In this document: positions 1-13,117 of the stretch, piece after piece
Numbering within the stretch: the stretch's first letter is position 1
How the letters are laid out: each line of letters opens with the position of its first letter
NCBI GenBank assembly: GCA_964016885.1
Contig: OZ024755.1
Coordinates: forward strand, 9,982,001 to 10,046,000
DNA from: Eledone cirrhosa
Taxonomy: Eukaryota
Direction of reading: 5' to 3'
Length of the DNA: 64,000 nucleotides
The notes under the pieces: model-generated
Databases searched by the model: none
Told to the model about the DNA's origin: nothing
Seen by the model: the letters and a program-made list of their open reading frames with translations, nothing else
Translations under genes and position numbers: made by a program

Positions 1-2577
1 GGAGTGTTCTTATCAACAGCTCACATATTGGCTTGCACATAAGAAGAGAACACGTTGTGATGTAATTTTTTTGTAGTCTAATTTTATTGTTGTTAGGAAT
101 GGCCTCATAGCATGCTGTGTATCCTGTGTATTATTATCATCATCATTATTATGTATTGTCTATTTTTCTATGCTGACATGAGCTGGAAGGGTCATCAGAG
201 ATCAAGTCAGCATGTAATTGGAGCTATTTGTCTTTCCCAGATGGGCTAGAGAGCCATGTCTCATTTACGTATGTGTTAGTTTTTGGCATGTGTTTTTACA
301 GCTGGATGCCCTTCCTAACACTGATCACTTTATAGAGTGTACCAGGTACATTTTATTGTGGCACTAACACTAGCACTACAGAAGTTGTTTTTGACACAAC
401 TGAAGAGTCTTCAAAACCCTTTGTTTGGCATGTTTATTTATAGCTGGATGTTCTTCTTAATACCAATCACTTTGCAGAGTGTACTGGGTGTATTTTATTA
501 TGGAACTAGCACTAGAGAGGTTCTCATGTCAAACTTCCTACCATTTTAATTTATATACTAGCTAACCCCGTGGAAAATCCATATTTTAATTAGAAACAGC
601 CACCAAGTATTGAAGATCAGTATGACATTTTAAATGTTTTATTTATAAATTACACACACACACAAATAATATAATTATTCTGAGATAAAAGAAAAAATTC
701 TTATATACACTCTTACGATCCCCTTTCCATAAAGACTTGTTTCAGCATGGATTGGAATGGCTATTCCGATGTGTCCCTCTCATCAACCTCCGGGTCAATG
801 TTATCTCTATTATGTCCCCTGGGGTCACAAAGTGTCCTTCACATGGGCTCCCCCACACAAGAGAACGTTCCTCAACCTCCGTCTGTGCCCACACCACTGG
901 GGTAGCATTTCTGATAATGTTGATACTTTAAGGAGTTAATCTAACTAGAAACTGAGTTCTTTGTAAAAAGGTTTAGTTTAGCAGACAACAGTTAATTGCA
1001 CTAAAACACATGCGTTAAATAATCAATTATAGTGTTTGCCTCCCCCTCTTTATCACCACCCTCTCCGACAATGCCATCACTTTTAGCAGTAACTACAGTT
1101 CTCAGTAGATCATACACGTGTGTGTGTTTGAGTCTATGGCGGTGACTAGCGCGTCACCTCATTAGTTCATTGCAGGGGTTAGCCTCTAGTGACTACTGCT
1201 GGCGTTCATTCATTTCCCAACTGACTGGACAGGAGCCACGTGAAATGAAGCGTCTTGCTCAAGAACACAACGCTCCGCTCGGTCCAGCAATCGAACCCTC
1301 GTCGCTATGATGGTGAGACGAACACCCTAACCTCTAGGCCAAGCACCTTTATATCATTTTGTAAATTGTTTATGTTCAACATGGTTTCACTCTTAACACC
1401 CTGCAATAATTTAGTAGAGAATGTAAAAAACCCGGTTTGTTAATTCAAATGTTTATAGTATCTTTACTTGTATACAGATCACCATCATGTGAACATTTAT
1501 AGCATTAGATTAAAGCCATTTTTTTCTTTATTGTGCTACTGTCAATTAGGCTAAAAATAATGCTGTTTATGCGTGGTTATTAATTTATTACATAACAATT
1601 AGGTGTACTAAAATAATATTCGGTTCAGGACGTTAAGAGTTAATAAAGATATTTTTACATGGTTTTAAATGTGTGGAAATCACAGTCTTACAGTGTTACT
1701 CCTGTTATTTACAGTACATAACATGTAACATGTGAACATATTTGTGGGGGCGTCAGCAATTGTGCTGTGAATATTCCTACACATTCGAGGCAGGCAAGAA
1801 AGAATCTATTGTTTTTTATTTTTTTTATTTCCATATTGCCTTTAAAACACTGATTTGCTCTCACCCTACCCCTTTCACCTCGCCTTCACCATCGCCATAT
1901 ATCTGTGGTGCTATACGCTTCTTTTCAGTTCTTAGCACTCGACAAGAGGTGGGGAGACGATGACATTCCGACTTCCTGCTTATCACTTCTCTCCCTCCCC
2001 TTCTCTCTCCCTCTATCTGAATGGTGCGATTCTAGGTCACCGTGAATTTTCTCTCCGCTATTTATAAACATACTTACCTTTTTCTTTCTATTCTCTTCTT
2101 ACTCTCTTAAACGGTGGCATTGGACTGTAACATTAGTTATCTGCTAAGGTGTGTTCTGTGGAATTGGTGGTTACAGCCAATTGATTTTTAATTTTCTCCC
2201 CATTATATAATAAATGTAATGAAGGAGTAACCAATCGTCCTTGTTATCCTTTCAATATATTACACTCTGTATAGCTCTACACCTCATCACAGAAGTGAAC
2301 CTAAACATCGAGTGCTCTCCCGGGTGAACCTGCAGTAACTCCAAGTTACACCCCCTGGATATATTGTATATATATATGTATATAGCTGTCGAAACGGCCG
2401 GAGCTCAGCCGTCGGGGTCCTGAATCTTCCAGGGTTCAATAGGGGTAACCACAGTAAGTAAGGTACTCAATACATAGTAAAGTATATACAAGATTTAATA
2501 TAGAGATGGCTTCTACAGGACTAGAACTGTTTCATTCGAAGGAAACCATCATCATCATCATCATCATCATATATATA

Positions 2578-2760
2578 ATTGTTTCTACATTTGGCACAAG
2601 GCCAGCAAATTAACCAGTGCATTACTGGTACTTTATTTTATCGTCCTCGTAAGGATGAAAGGCAAAGTTGACCTCGGCAGGAATTGAACTTAGACTGTAA
2701 AGGGCCGTAACTCTATGCTGCAAAGCATGGCGTCCGACCTTCTACCGATACTGCCAATCC
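2578..2760 (-). mobile_element. SINE family 1 copy
   Basis: Reverse complement of the 39737-39927 element. Confidence 0.85.
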
Positions 2761-2945
2761 ATATATAATAATACTAATAGTAATACATGGAAAATATATC
2801 ACTATAGCATCATATTTATTTCGTTATATATATTTCTAGGATACTAATTTATAGTATGCTTTCATTAGATAAAATACAATATTTGATGTATAAGATAGTG
2901 ACATACCCCAAAAATTAGACCTTAAACGGTCAACTCAAAATAGGC

Positions 2946-2987
<42 letters not shown>

Positions 2988-3527
2988 TTATCGGGCCCGA
3001 CTCTGGAATCAAAAGCTCATCAGACTTCTGTAGTTTAATTCCATCATTAAGCTAACAGAAGTCTGATGAGCTTTTCATTTCAGAGTCGGGCCCGATCGAT
3101 AGAAATCGAATCTTGAGCTGATCAATCGTGAAACGCGCGTCACACCCGAATAAACTTAATGAAAATTTGACACTTCTTCCATACTTATTATTATCCAATA
3201 AATGAGATGATGTAAAATCGTGTGTTGAAACAGATTTACTTATACTTTGGTAGGGTCATGTTGCCAATAAAAACGCGCACCTGTTTAGTTTCACTCAGAT
3301 TTTATTATTTGTTAGGAAGCTAATCCATCCCTCAGTTAGTTAAATAACCGGATGGTTATTTAATTGTAAAAGGTCTTTCGTCACACATTCTTTGACCTTA
3401 TCAATGACTATTTTTGACTCTCCGTGAGTCCTCTTTGTTTCGATTTTTATCAAGTTCCTCTACGATGTTTTCTGTGGTTTACACACACATATATGGGTGA
3501 ACCTACAGTAACTTCGCGTTAGACTCC

Positions 3528-3584
<57 letters not shown>

Positions 3585-3585
<1 letters not shown>

Positions 3586-4260
3586 TAGCCGAATTACCCG
3601 CGCCTTGCTGCGTTTCACACATTTTTTTGTAAGAAAATGATGATTGATTTTACATCAGTGATATAATTTATGGAGAAAAACTCTGCATTTCAATATTACT
3701 CAATGTAAAATGTAATGCATGAAAAATTGGAAAACATATTTTGTAATATATCAAATCAAAATTGCATTATTAAATCTTATTCTTATTTTGTTTCTTGTAA
3801 ATCATTTTTTTCAAAATATCAATTCAAAACTTTTGTGAATAGGCATCATATCTTGTCAGTTACTTATGGTTTAAATTTCATATAAATCGAAGGGAAAAAT
3901 GTTCAGCGGGAGTTTTATGTCCCCGGGGAACCCTTTGATTAAAATGAAATATACTTATCCAAGTACACTGGGCAATGTAGTTTTAGAATATATATGGTTA
4001 TGGGGGTCTATCTCCAAAACCATAGGAGGAGTTCGTGAAATCTTGTTCCATTTATTGACCAAAATTTTCACTATAGGGTGTTTAACCCCTCAATAATATT
4101 AAATATTATTGAAATTTGCTGAAATGTTGTGAATAGGCATCATATCTTGTCATTTACCTATGGTTTAAATTTCATATAAATCGAAGGATAAACATTTTCA
4201 CGGGGGTTTGTGCCCCCGGGTAACCCTTTGATTAACATTATATATACTTATCCAACTACC
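3585..4260. mobile_element. Putative non-autonomous rolling-circle (Helitron-like) element with a partial internal duplication at ~290-bp spacing
   Basis: Starts ACTAG followed by a GC-rich subterminal stretch; block TGTGAATAGGCATCATATCTTGTC repeated at about 3835 and 4128. Confidence 0.45.
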
Positions 4261-4339
4261 AAACTCGTCCCATGGACTGAGTGCTCTACCACTACGGATA
4301 TTACCTTCCAGTGTTCTACCCCCTCTCTCTCTCTCTTTA

Positions 4340-4414
<75 letters not shown>

Positions 4415-5039
4415 CTACAGGATTAGAACTGTTTTATTCGTGAGAAATAAAGGTGCGTGTGTACGTACATACACACACACTGGTGTTAATTCCATAGAAC
4501 ATCTGACCACGTATTAAATTATTGGGACGGGGGTTCTCCGACACTCCCTTACCCACAGATTTCATCACTATTATAATTACTATTACCGCAGTTATAAGGC
4601 GGTGGTGTGTCATACTAGTATGTGTTAGATCATTAAATGCTAATATAGGGCAACTGATATTTACTGAATGGGAATTTAGGCAAGCCGCACCTCTTACTAC
4701 GAGCTTACGTTATTAAACATCGAGTTTATTGCTTTTAAATCACTAATACAGACAGACAAACTATCACGTTTCCTATTCGTGATTTACATCACCGACCCAC
4801 TCTTTATATGTTAGCATAAATAAACTAAATGTTATAAACTCTGGATTGCGTCTGACAGTAAATAAAGCATAATTAAACACCGTGTGTGTTTGTATATTTA
4901 TTTATATACATATATCTGCCTGTAACTTTCAAATTTACACTCTCAATGGATTACCTATCTCAGTCATGTTGCTACAATATATAAAAGTTTGCTTTGCAAA
5001 TTACAAAGTCCTGGCTTCTAACCCTACACATGTTCCTGA

Positions 5040-5246
5040 CAGTGCCGGATTTAGGACAAATGAGGCCCCTTACTTGGGCCCTGAAGAAGGTAACAAAATC
5101 TCCCTGACAGTGCCGGATTTAGGACAAATGAGGCCCTATGCTCGTTAAGTTATGAGGCCCCTTACTTGGACCCTGTAGGAGGTAAGCATTTTATTTGGCA
5201 GGGGCCCTGTGCTTAAGCACACATATAAGCACTAAATCCGGCACTG
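5040..5246. mobile_element. hAT-type MITE with 15-bp TIRs and a duplicated left end
   Basis: CAGTGCCGGATTTAG at 5040 and 5108; CTAAATCCGGCACTG ending 5246; degenerate 8-bp TSD gttcctga/gtctctgt. Confidence 0.8.
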
Positions 5247-5659
5247 GTCTCTGTAAATATTTCTCTAAAGTTACTCATACATTTTAAAATCCTGTATGTC
5301 ATTTGTACACATATGCCGAACATTTATATAATTATATTCCTAGAAATCAATTATTAAAATAACATTTTTATCTTGAATCAGTTCCACGTGTCAGTAACCA
5401 ATATAAACTATGGGAGTGTTTCTCTTATGCAAAGCATTAATTTATCAAAATGCCAATTTCTCAGCTTATATGATTGTTCATATATCCAGCAATGCTGGTA
5501 TATATGCAATCCTGAACTCCAAAAATTAAAAACGTTTAATGCTATTGCTGTCATTGTTGACGGCAGGGGTCTACCTATATATATATATAGTCGATTGACA
5601 CACACACACACATATATATAGTCGATTGACACACACACACACATATATATAGTCGATTG

Positions 5660-5692
<33 letters not shown>

Positions 5693-5941
5693 AATAAAAA
5701 CATTAAACGTTGCCAGGGTATAATTTGTAAAGCGTGTAAGAACACATAGTTACAGAGGTAGCATATTAAAATTTAACGAAAACTTTATATATATACCTGG
5801 CGATAATAATCATCATTAATCTATATCAATCGGCTTTTAATTTTTAATAAATGCTTTGATCTATTCATTAGAATCTTTGTCTACAGGTGATATGGCGCAA
5901 GTCTGTGATTTTCTCAGACATGACTTCTATAATTTTGTTAG

Positions 5942-5975
<34 letters not shown>

Positions 5976-6417
5976 GTTATTCCGGGTTGAATCGGAGGTA
6001 ACCACAGTAAGTAAGGTACTCAATACATAGCAGAGTATAAAAGTTTTAATATAGATGAGATTCTACAGGACTAGAACTGTTTCATTCATTAGAAATCATA
6101 TATATATATATACTCTGACAATATTGTGAATCGATTTTGTAAGCAAATATAATTCAGTTATAATTTACCATATGTAAATTTCAGCTGAAAAATTACCTAC
6201 TTAATATATTTTGTCGGTAATTATTTGCTTGTTTAACGTTTGTAATTAGCATGTAGAAAAAAAAACAAAAAAAAAACATCCACGCAATGTTGGTTGAACA
6301 GGTTTACGACATTTCAGCCGTGACTATCCCTTATGTTTTTCTGTGCAGGAAACTCTAAACTATATCATCTAATGTATCCTTTTCAAATACTGTTGGGTAT
6401 GATTTTGATGGAGAATT

Positions 6418-6700
6418 GGTTGCTTTTTCTAGAACATTTATCAACCACGTTAAGGTTCAAGCTCCCTCGTTGATTCATGACACACTAGTTGTTTGGCTGC
6501 TATTTCTGGCGTGCCTATCAACCACATAGAGGTTCAGCTTCCCTCGTTGATTCATGATTCATTTGTTGACTGCTATTTCTAGCACGTTTGTCAATCATAT
6601 AGAGGTTCAGCTTCCCTCGTTGGTTCATGACACATTGGTTATTTGACCGCTATTTCTAGCACGTTTATCAACCACATAGAGGTCCAGGCTCCCTGGTTCA
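6418..6700. repeat. Degenerate tandem repeat, about 4 units of ~70 bp
   Basis: TGCTATTTCTAG...TCAACCACATAGAGGTTCAGCTTCCCTCGTTGATTCATGA repeated. Confidence 0.8.
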
Positions 6701-6872
6701 TTACACACTGATTGTTTATAGGGGGCGTACGTTCTATATGGAGGCAGCCGCTGACACTAAGCAGTAAAGAAAGTCTAACTACCTTTATATGATTCTAACA
6801 CTAATTGAAAGTGTTCCATTCCTCACCCACTTCTGGCACTACAGGTGGTAGACTCAACAAGTTACACGTTGT

Positions 6873-7160
6873 GAAGGGGCGTGGCTTAGTGGTTAGAGGG
6901 CTTCGGCTCACGATCATAAGGTCGTGAGTTCGATTACGTTGTAGTCTTGAGCCAGAAACTTTATTTCAAGTTGCTCAACTTCACCTAGCTGTGGAAAAAA
7001 ATAGTTGTACATGTAATTCAAAGCGTCAGCTTTATTATACACTGTTACACGCTGAATCTCCCATTTGGAGTGCACAACCACATGTATATTAATTTCAAGA
7101 ATGTGCAAGATTGTTTCATTGTTCAAATAACTAACCAAAACACTCGTCGTCACCACAGAC
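6873..7160 (+). mobile_element. tRNA-derived SINE family 2 (copies at about 1140-1345 -, 11590-11726 -, 14200-14500, 18177-18360, 42754-42870, 50830-50960)
   Basis: TGGCTTAGTGG A-box and GAGTTCGATT B-box followed by the shared TCTTGAGCAAGACACTTTATTTCA..TTGCTC block. Confidence 0.8.
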
Positions 7161-7394
7161 GCATAACGTTATATGTTGACATAAGAGGTAGAACACTCGT
7201 CGTTTGAACCGACTGAGGCCCAAAGCACACGTTATGTGTTGACATCAGAGACAGTTGGAAATGGAACTGGTGCCTAGGAAATTGTATGTATGGATTCAGG
7301 TTCAAATCCCACCATGAGAATTTTTTTTATAAAGTTTCTCTATCTGTTTACATTATCAAAATTTCCTATTTCCTATATATATATATATATATAT

Positions 7395-8745
7395 ATCATC
7401 ATCATCATTCATCATCATCGATTAACGTCCATATTCCACGCTTGGATGGGTTTGGACGGGAGTTTTCCCACTTGGGGCAAGAGTGGTTGTCTTGCTCGCA
7501 TAGGACTGTCTGGCGGGTTTTCTACGGCTGGATGCTCTTCCTAACACCAACCACATTTACAGTGTGGACTGGGAGGTTTTTACCGTGTTCCCTACACGGC
7601 CACATTACAGCGTGGACTGTGTGTTTTTTTTGTCGTGACACCTACACGACCTCATTTGTTTCGGGCTGGATGTTGTGGTACCAACATAACTTTACATTGA
7701 AATGGGTGGTGTGGATGGGGTGGGGGTAGTGGGACGGGTGTGTATTTTGTTAGAGGTGCCTACTGACTGTAGTAGGTTTCACTTTGTACTTAGGTAAGGC
7801 AGGTCTTCTCTATTACTCTGTAGCACCAAAGATCTCGGTCCAGTGACATTGTCTTGGAGAGGTGTAAGTGTGTGAGGTCGGAATTTATCAAGTCGTCCCA
7901 AGTTTTTATGGGTCTGCCTACTCCGTGGCTACCGTCTATTTTTATTGCCCTACACTTTTTTATACAGCTGTCGTCTTTCATGCGCATCACATGACCGTAA
8001 AACGTAGTCTTCTCTCGAGTAAACAACATCTGATCCCTCTTATTTCTAATTTTTCCCTTAGTTCGTTTATGCTTTGCCGTTCACGTATATTACTATTACA
8101 CATCCAGCGGAGCATGCAAGCTTCGTTCCTCTCCAGTCTGCGTATATCCTCTGCACACAATGCCCAGGTCTCACTGCCATGTAACATTGCTGTTCGTATG
8201 CAGGCATCATACAGCCTGCCTTTCATTTTTAGGGAGAACCCTTTAGTGGCTAATAGTGGTATAAGCTCTCTGAACTCTTTCCATCCAGTTCTGACTCTAG
8301 CTACTGTACTTTCAGAGCACCCTCCCCCACTGCTGATTTTGTCACGCAGGTAACGGAAGCTGTCCACTATTTCTATAGAACCATCTGTGCAATGGAATGA
8401 GCTAGTATTCTGTGGGCACTTGCTGCTACTTATTGCACCAGAGCACCGGTCACATATAAAATCTATGTTCTTAGTTAGCTTACCTGTGATCCCACTACAT
8501 CTTTTATGCACCCATACTTTGCATTTGGGACATAAAATAGAGTTTCTACCTACTCCTTTCCTACACACTGAGCATGGCCATTTCCTGGATGGGACCAGTG
8601 CCCTATTTTCCTTCCTACAAACTAGAACTTTAGTCTTAGACAGGTTAATTTTAAGGCCTTTTGATTCTAGGCCATGCTTCCATGTTTGGAATTTCTTCTC
8701 TAGTTCGGCCATTGATTCAGCTATGAGCGTTAGATCATCTGCGTA
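7395..8745 (-). mobile_element. 5'-truncated RTE-clade LINE (RT C-terminus from YADD, Cys-rich insert, frameshifted end, 3'UTR and (GAT)n tail)
   Basis: ORF 7987-8784 has YADDL, GLKINLSKTK, FRYL, YDACIRTAMLHGSETW; it continues after a frameshift as YGHVMRM..GRP..W..DRDLW (7790-8029). Both ends abut (TA)n. Confidence 0.9.
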
Positions 8746-9267
8746 TATATATATACATACATACATTGGACTAAGTCTAGTCATCTGACAGAAAATATAT
8801 ATTTTTTCACTGTCTCATTAAAAGTACCAGTAACACACTGGGGTCGATTTAATTGACTTTCCCCTACACCTACATTATTCGCCTTGTACCTATATCAGAA
8901 ACCATTATTATTATTATTATTTCATTTAGTGCAAATATCAGAGGGCTATAGCCCCTGAGCCCATCCTGGTTCCCTAATCCATGTACACAAATATACTTTT
9001 AAATGATTACAGAAATCACAACCATTTATTTTTAAGAAATTATTAATAACAATGTTATGGCTTTTTAAAGATTGAACTTCTAAAGTAATTTTAGCCAATT
9101 GATCTGAAATTTAAATTAATTTCTGAATATTTAACAATAGATATTTAAAATAATCTTTTTAGCCTTCGTGAATAAATTTCTAATTTTAAAAAATTTGATG
9201 CTGTTGAAAAATGAGAAATTAACCGTCTCCAGTGAATGTAAAATAAAATGAGATTTACTGTTCATAC

Positions 9268-9375
<108 letters not shown>

Positions 9376-9647
9376 AACCACAGAAGGCAGCCTGTCCAAG
9401 AGAGCAGTTACTCTGAATAAAAACTGATACAGGGTGGAGAAGACCCTTGAGTCCAGTCAGACAACCTCTCTAGTGCTGGGGGGCAAGAAGAATGCACTCA
9501 GTCCATGCTGTGAAGTGGTTGGTGTTAGGAAGGGCATCCATCCAGAGAAAAACCTGCCAAAATAACCTCTCCAACCTATTGCAAGCATAGAAAAGCAGCC
9601 GTATAACGATAATGATGATATATATATATATATATGCCTATCAATGT

Positions 9648-9687
<40 letters not shown>

Positions 9688-9816
9688 CTGTTACTAGTTA
9701 GGACTAATAAGACCATTATTCAACTTAGTACTCCATAGCTAAGGAAAGTAGAGTGTAGATATTATAGGATAGAGAGCTTGATGATCAATTTTAAAGTGTT
9801 TTGATGACAAGATCTT

Positions 9817-9997
9817 GCCACCACCACCACCACCACCACTGCTCCCATCTCCACCTCCACCACCACCACTAACACCACCACTACTCCCATCACCATCATC
9901 ACTTTCACCACCACCAACACTTTCACCACCTCACTACCAACACTTTCACCACCTCCACCACCACCACCACCACCACCACCACCTCCACCACCACCAC
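9817..9997. repeat. Imperfect (CCA)n repeat
   Basis: Directly visible. Confidence 0.95.
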
Positions 9998-10749
9998 TAA
10001 TAACATGATCTAGTTGTTACTAGTGCTGGCTGGTTACCTAGAAACTATCAAGTTTGACCTGTTCTGAAATATGGAATTACGGGTCCATACATACATAAAT
10101 ACAAGATAGTAACTTAACATATAAGGATAGGATAAAGATCCCATAACTTCTTGTGGAGTCGTAGAGGCACCGTCATATGGTGTGTCTAGGACACTTTCAA
10201 ACCTGGCGGAGCCCAGCCCTCTCCAGATCAGAGGAAGAATTGCCCCAGTACTGGACTGGTACTTTTTTTGATCGACCTCGAAAGTTGACTATGGTGGGAT
10301 TTGATCTCAGAGTCCGCAATGAGGTACGATGAATACCACAATGCATCCTATCAGATGTCTTAACAACTCTGCCAATTCACCGCCTATATAAGGTTCTTAT
10401 ATATAAAAATATATTGGATGATAGGAAGCATTTAAAATGGGTGGTTTTTGATTCATAGAACCAGAGCTGGTTTTAGAGACTCTGGTATAGAAAGAATCAA
10501 CTGAAATATATGGACAATGTATTTCTTTGAACGAGTTAAATAGCCATTCTTGCACAAATGCTTACTATGCATTTGTATAAATACACACCCATGTTTTAAA
10601 GGGTGGGGTGGAGTGGAGTGAGGTGGGGGGTGGAGTGGAACAGTAAGTAAACTGATAAATGACAGTGAATGAAGCCTACAGAACAGAAATAAAACAAGCA
10701 AACACCAAAAATAAAAACCAAAACAACTCAACAATAATACATCTATGTA

Positions 10750-10794
<45 letters not shown>

Positions 10795-11338
10795 CCATGC
10801 ATCTACACGTGTGTGTAGATGCATGGGTGTGTGTGTATATATATGTGTATATTATATACACACACACACATACATATATATAGTAACATGCCACTGACAT
10901 ATAACACCCACTTCCTTGACCTTCAACTGACAATGACACAAGAGCAAGTTTCTATAAAGAATATACATGAACAGATATATATATATATATGTAAGGACAC
11001 ATCTAAATGTCTGTGTATGTGTGCATATGTATAATATATATATGTATATATCATCATCATCATCAATATATATATATAATTTTGGGTGGATTCCTGATGA
11101 GTGTTGGGAGGTGAACACAGGTACTCAAACTTATATAGAAAATATTTCTACAGGACTAGAACTGTTTCATAGGTATATATATATATAGAGAGAGAGAGAG
11201 ATAGGTAAAATGTTACTAGTTAAGACTTCAAAGATCATTATTTAACTTTGTACTCTATACTAAAGGAAAGTAAAGTGTAAATATTATTATATGATTGAAT
11301 GTCCATTTATGCTTGACCATAGGGCATTCAATTCTATC

Positions 11339-11388
<50 letters not shown>

Positions 11389-12226
11389 CATCATCATCAT
11401 CATTTTACGTCCACTTTTCCCTGCTTGCAAGGGTGGGACGGGAACTGATTCTGGCTTGATTTCTACAGCTGGATACCCTTCCTAACACCAACCTCATTTA
11501 CAGTGAGTGCTGGGTGCTTTTTTGCCGTGGCACCTCCACGACCACTTTGCAGTGGAATGATATGGACCCTAGTCCCTATCATCTCATTTCTACAGCTGAG
11601 TAAACTGGAGCAATGTGAAATAAAGTGTCTTGCTCAAGGAAACAACACATCACCCGGTCTGAGAATTGAACTCACAACCTTTCGATTGCAAGGCCAATGC
11701 TCTAACCACTAAGCCATGTGCCTCCATATATATATATAATAAATCAAGAAAGAAGAGTGACACGGTTTGCTATACAATAAGGGCTTTAATCACATTGCTG
11801 ACAATTGTTTCTGTGAACTGGTAGGTCTAGAGATCGCTACCCACCTGTTTCTGCGTCAATCAATCACCAATACATTGTTATAACCACTCAATTCATCAGA
11901 GCTAGCGAGAATGAAGGGAATACACAGGCATGGCTTCTATATATAGTAGTGGCATTAAATCAGAACAATAATAACAATACTATCAATGCTAACAATAAAT
12001 TAGTTGAAATAATCACAACATCAATCTAAGTAAGACATAGAGTATACTGATGACTTTAGCAAGTAAAATGAGCTGATATGAGGCAGATGTATGAAATTGA
12101 CATGTAAAAGCTGTCATGGGGTGTATTATATATAGTGTAGAGATAACCTGGGGCTTGAAACAATGTACCATTTCCTTTACTGTAGGTTTGCTGACCATAA
12201 GAATTATTTATTATTTAACAGATAAA

Positions 12227-12500
12227 CATCATCATCATCATCACCGTTTTACGTCCGTTCTTCCACGCTAGCATGGGTTAGACGGGTTGTCCTGTTGTGG
12301 GCAGTGTCTGGTCGGCTGACTATGCCTTGCTCATACAGGAACTGATTTGGCTTGATTTCTACAGCTGGATGCCCTTCCTAACACCAACCTCATTTACAGT
12401 GAGTGCTGGGTGCTTTTTTGTGGTGCCTACACGTCCACTTTACAGTGTGGGCTGGGTGCTTTTTTGCCGTGGCACCTCCATGACCACCTTGCAGTGGGAG
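12227..12500 (-). mobile_element. Non-autonomous retroposon sharing the RTE 3' end and (GAT)n tail (related copies at about 137-520, 9375-9620, 11387-11545, 13918-14172, 20693-20998, 21390-21500, 22721-22815)
   Basis: TTTCTACAGCTGGATGCCCTTCCTAACACCAACC core also occurs in the LINE 3'UTR at about 7518-7560; (CAT)n at the left end. Confidence 0.8.
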
Positions 12501-12589
12501 GGTGTGGGGGCATATTGTCTATATGCTTCAGCTTGTACCCATGGGAGGTCGGGTACTCTGTATTACTGCGTGACGCTAGAGGTCATCCC

Positions 12590-12659
<70 letters not shown>

Positions 12660-12902
12660 CTGTTTGTTGCAAAAACGTCCATGGGAAAGAAAAGAGCCCT
12701 CAATCTAGTGCAAGAGAGCTAATTTGTTATTATTCATACACAAACCATACATTGTGCTACCTTAGGTTTCAATTCACTGGCATGGTAGCAACTGCAAACT
12801 GCACTTGGTGGTACAGAACGTATGTACAATGGCTTAGATCTAATTCATCAGGTTCAGAGTTAATGTTTGAATGAGATCTCGTTATAACTAACTTTCTTCT
12901 TA

Positions 12903-13117
12903 TTAACCCTTTAATGTTCAAAGCGGCCAAAACCGGCCAGAATTCTCTACTTTTTTTTTGTTGAAACTGGCTGTAACTGGTCACTCAAACTGACATTAAT
13001 GTATTGTTCTCAAAATAAATACTTTCAAAATCTCATAGATTCGATATTATGTGAGATAAAGCATTTACCATGAAAATATAATAGTATATATAGAGTAATG
13101 TGAATGCTAAAGGGTTA
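12903..13117. mobile_element. Second TTAA-bounded MITE family (also about 15755-15950 inverted and 30858-31083)
   Basis: TTAACCCTTTA...AATGCTAAAGGGTTAA termini and shared internal sequence. Confidence 0.65.

Noticed and set aside
6873-6950. tRNA gene
   Set aside because: A/B boxes belong to a SINE head; no cloverleaf, and it continues into the SINE body.
9815-10000. Pro/His-rich ORF
   Set aside because: (CCA)n repeat with no splice support.
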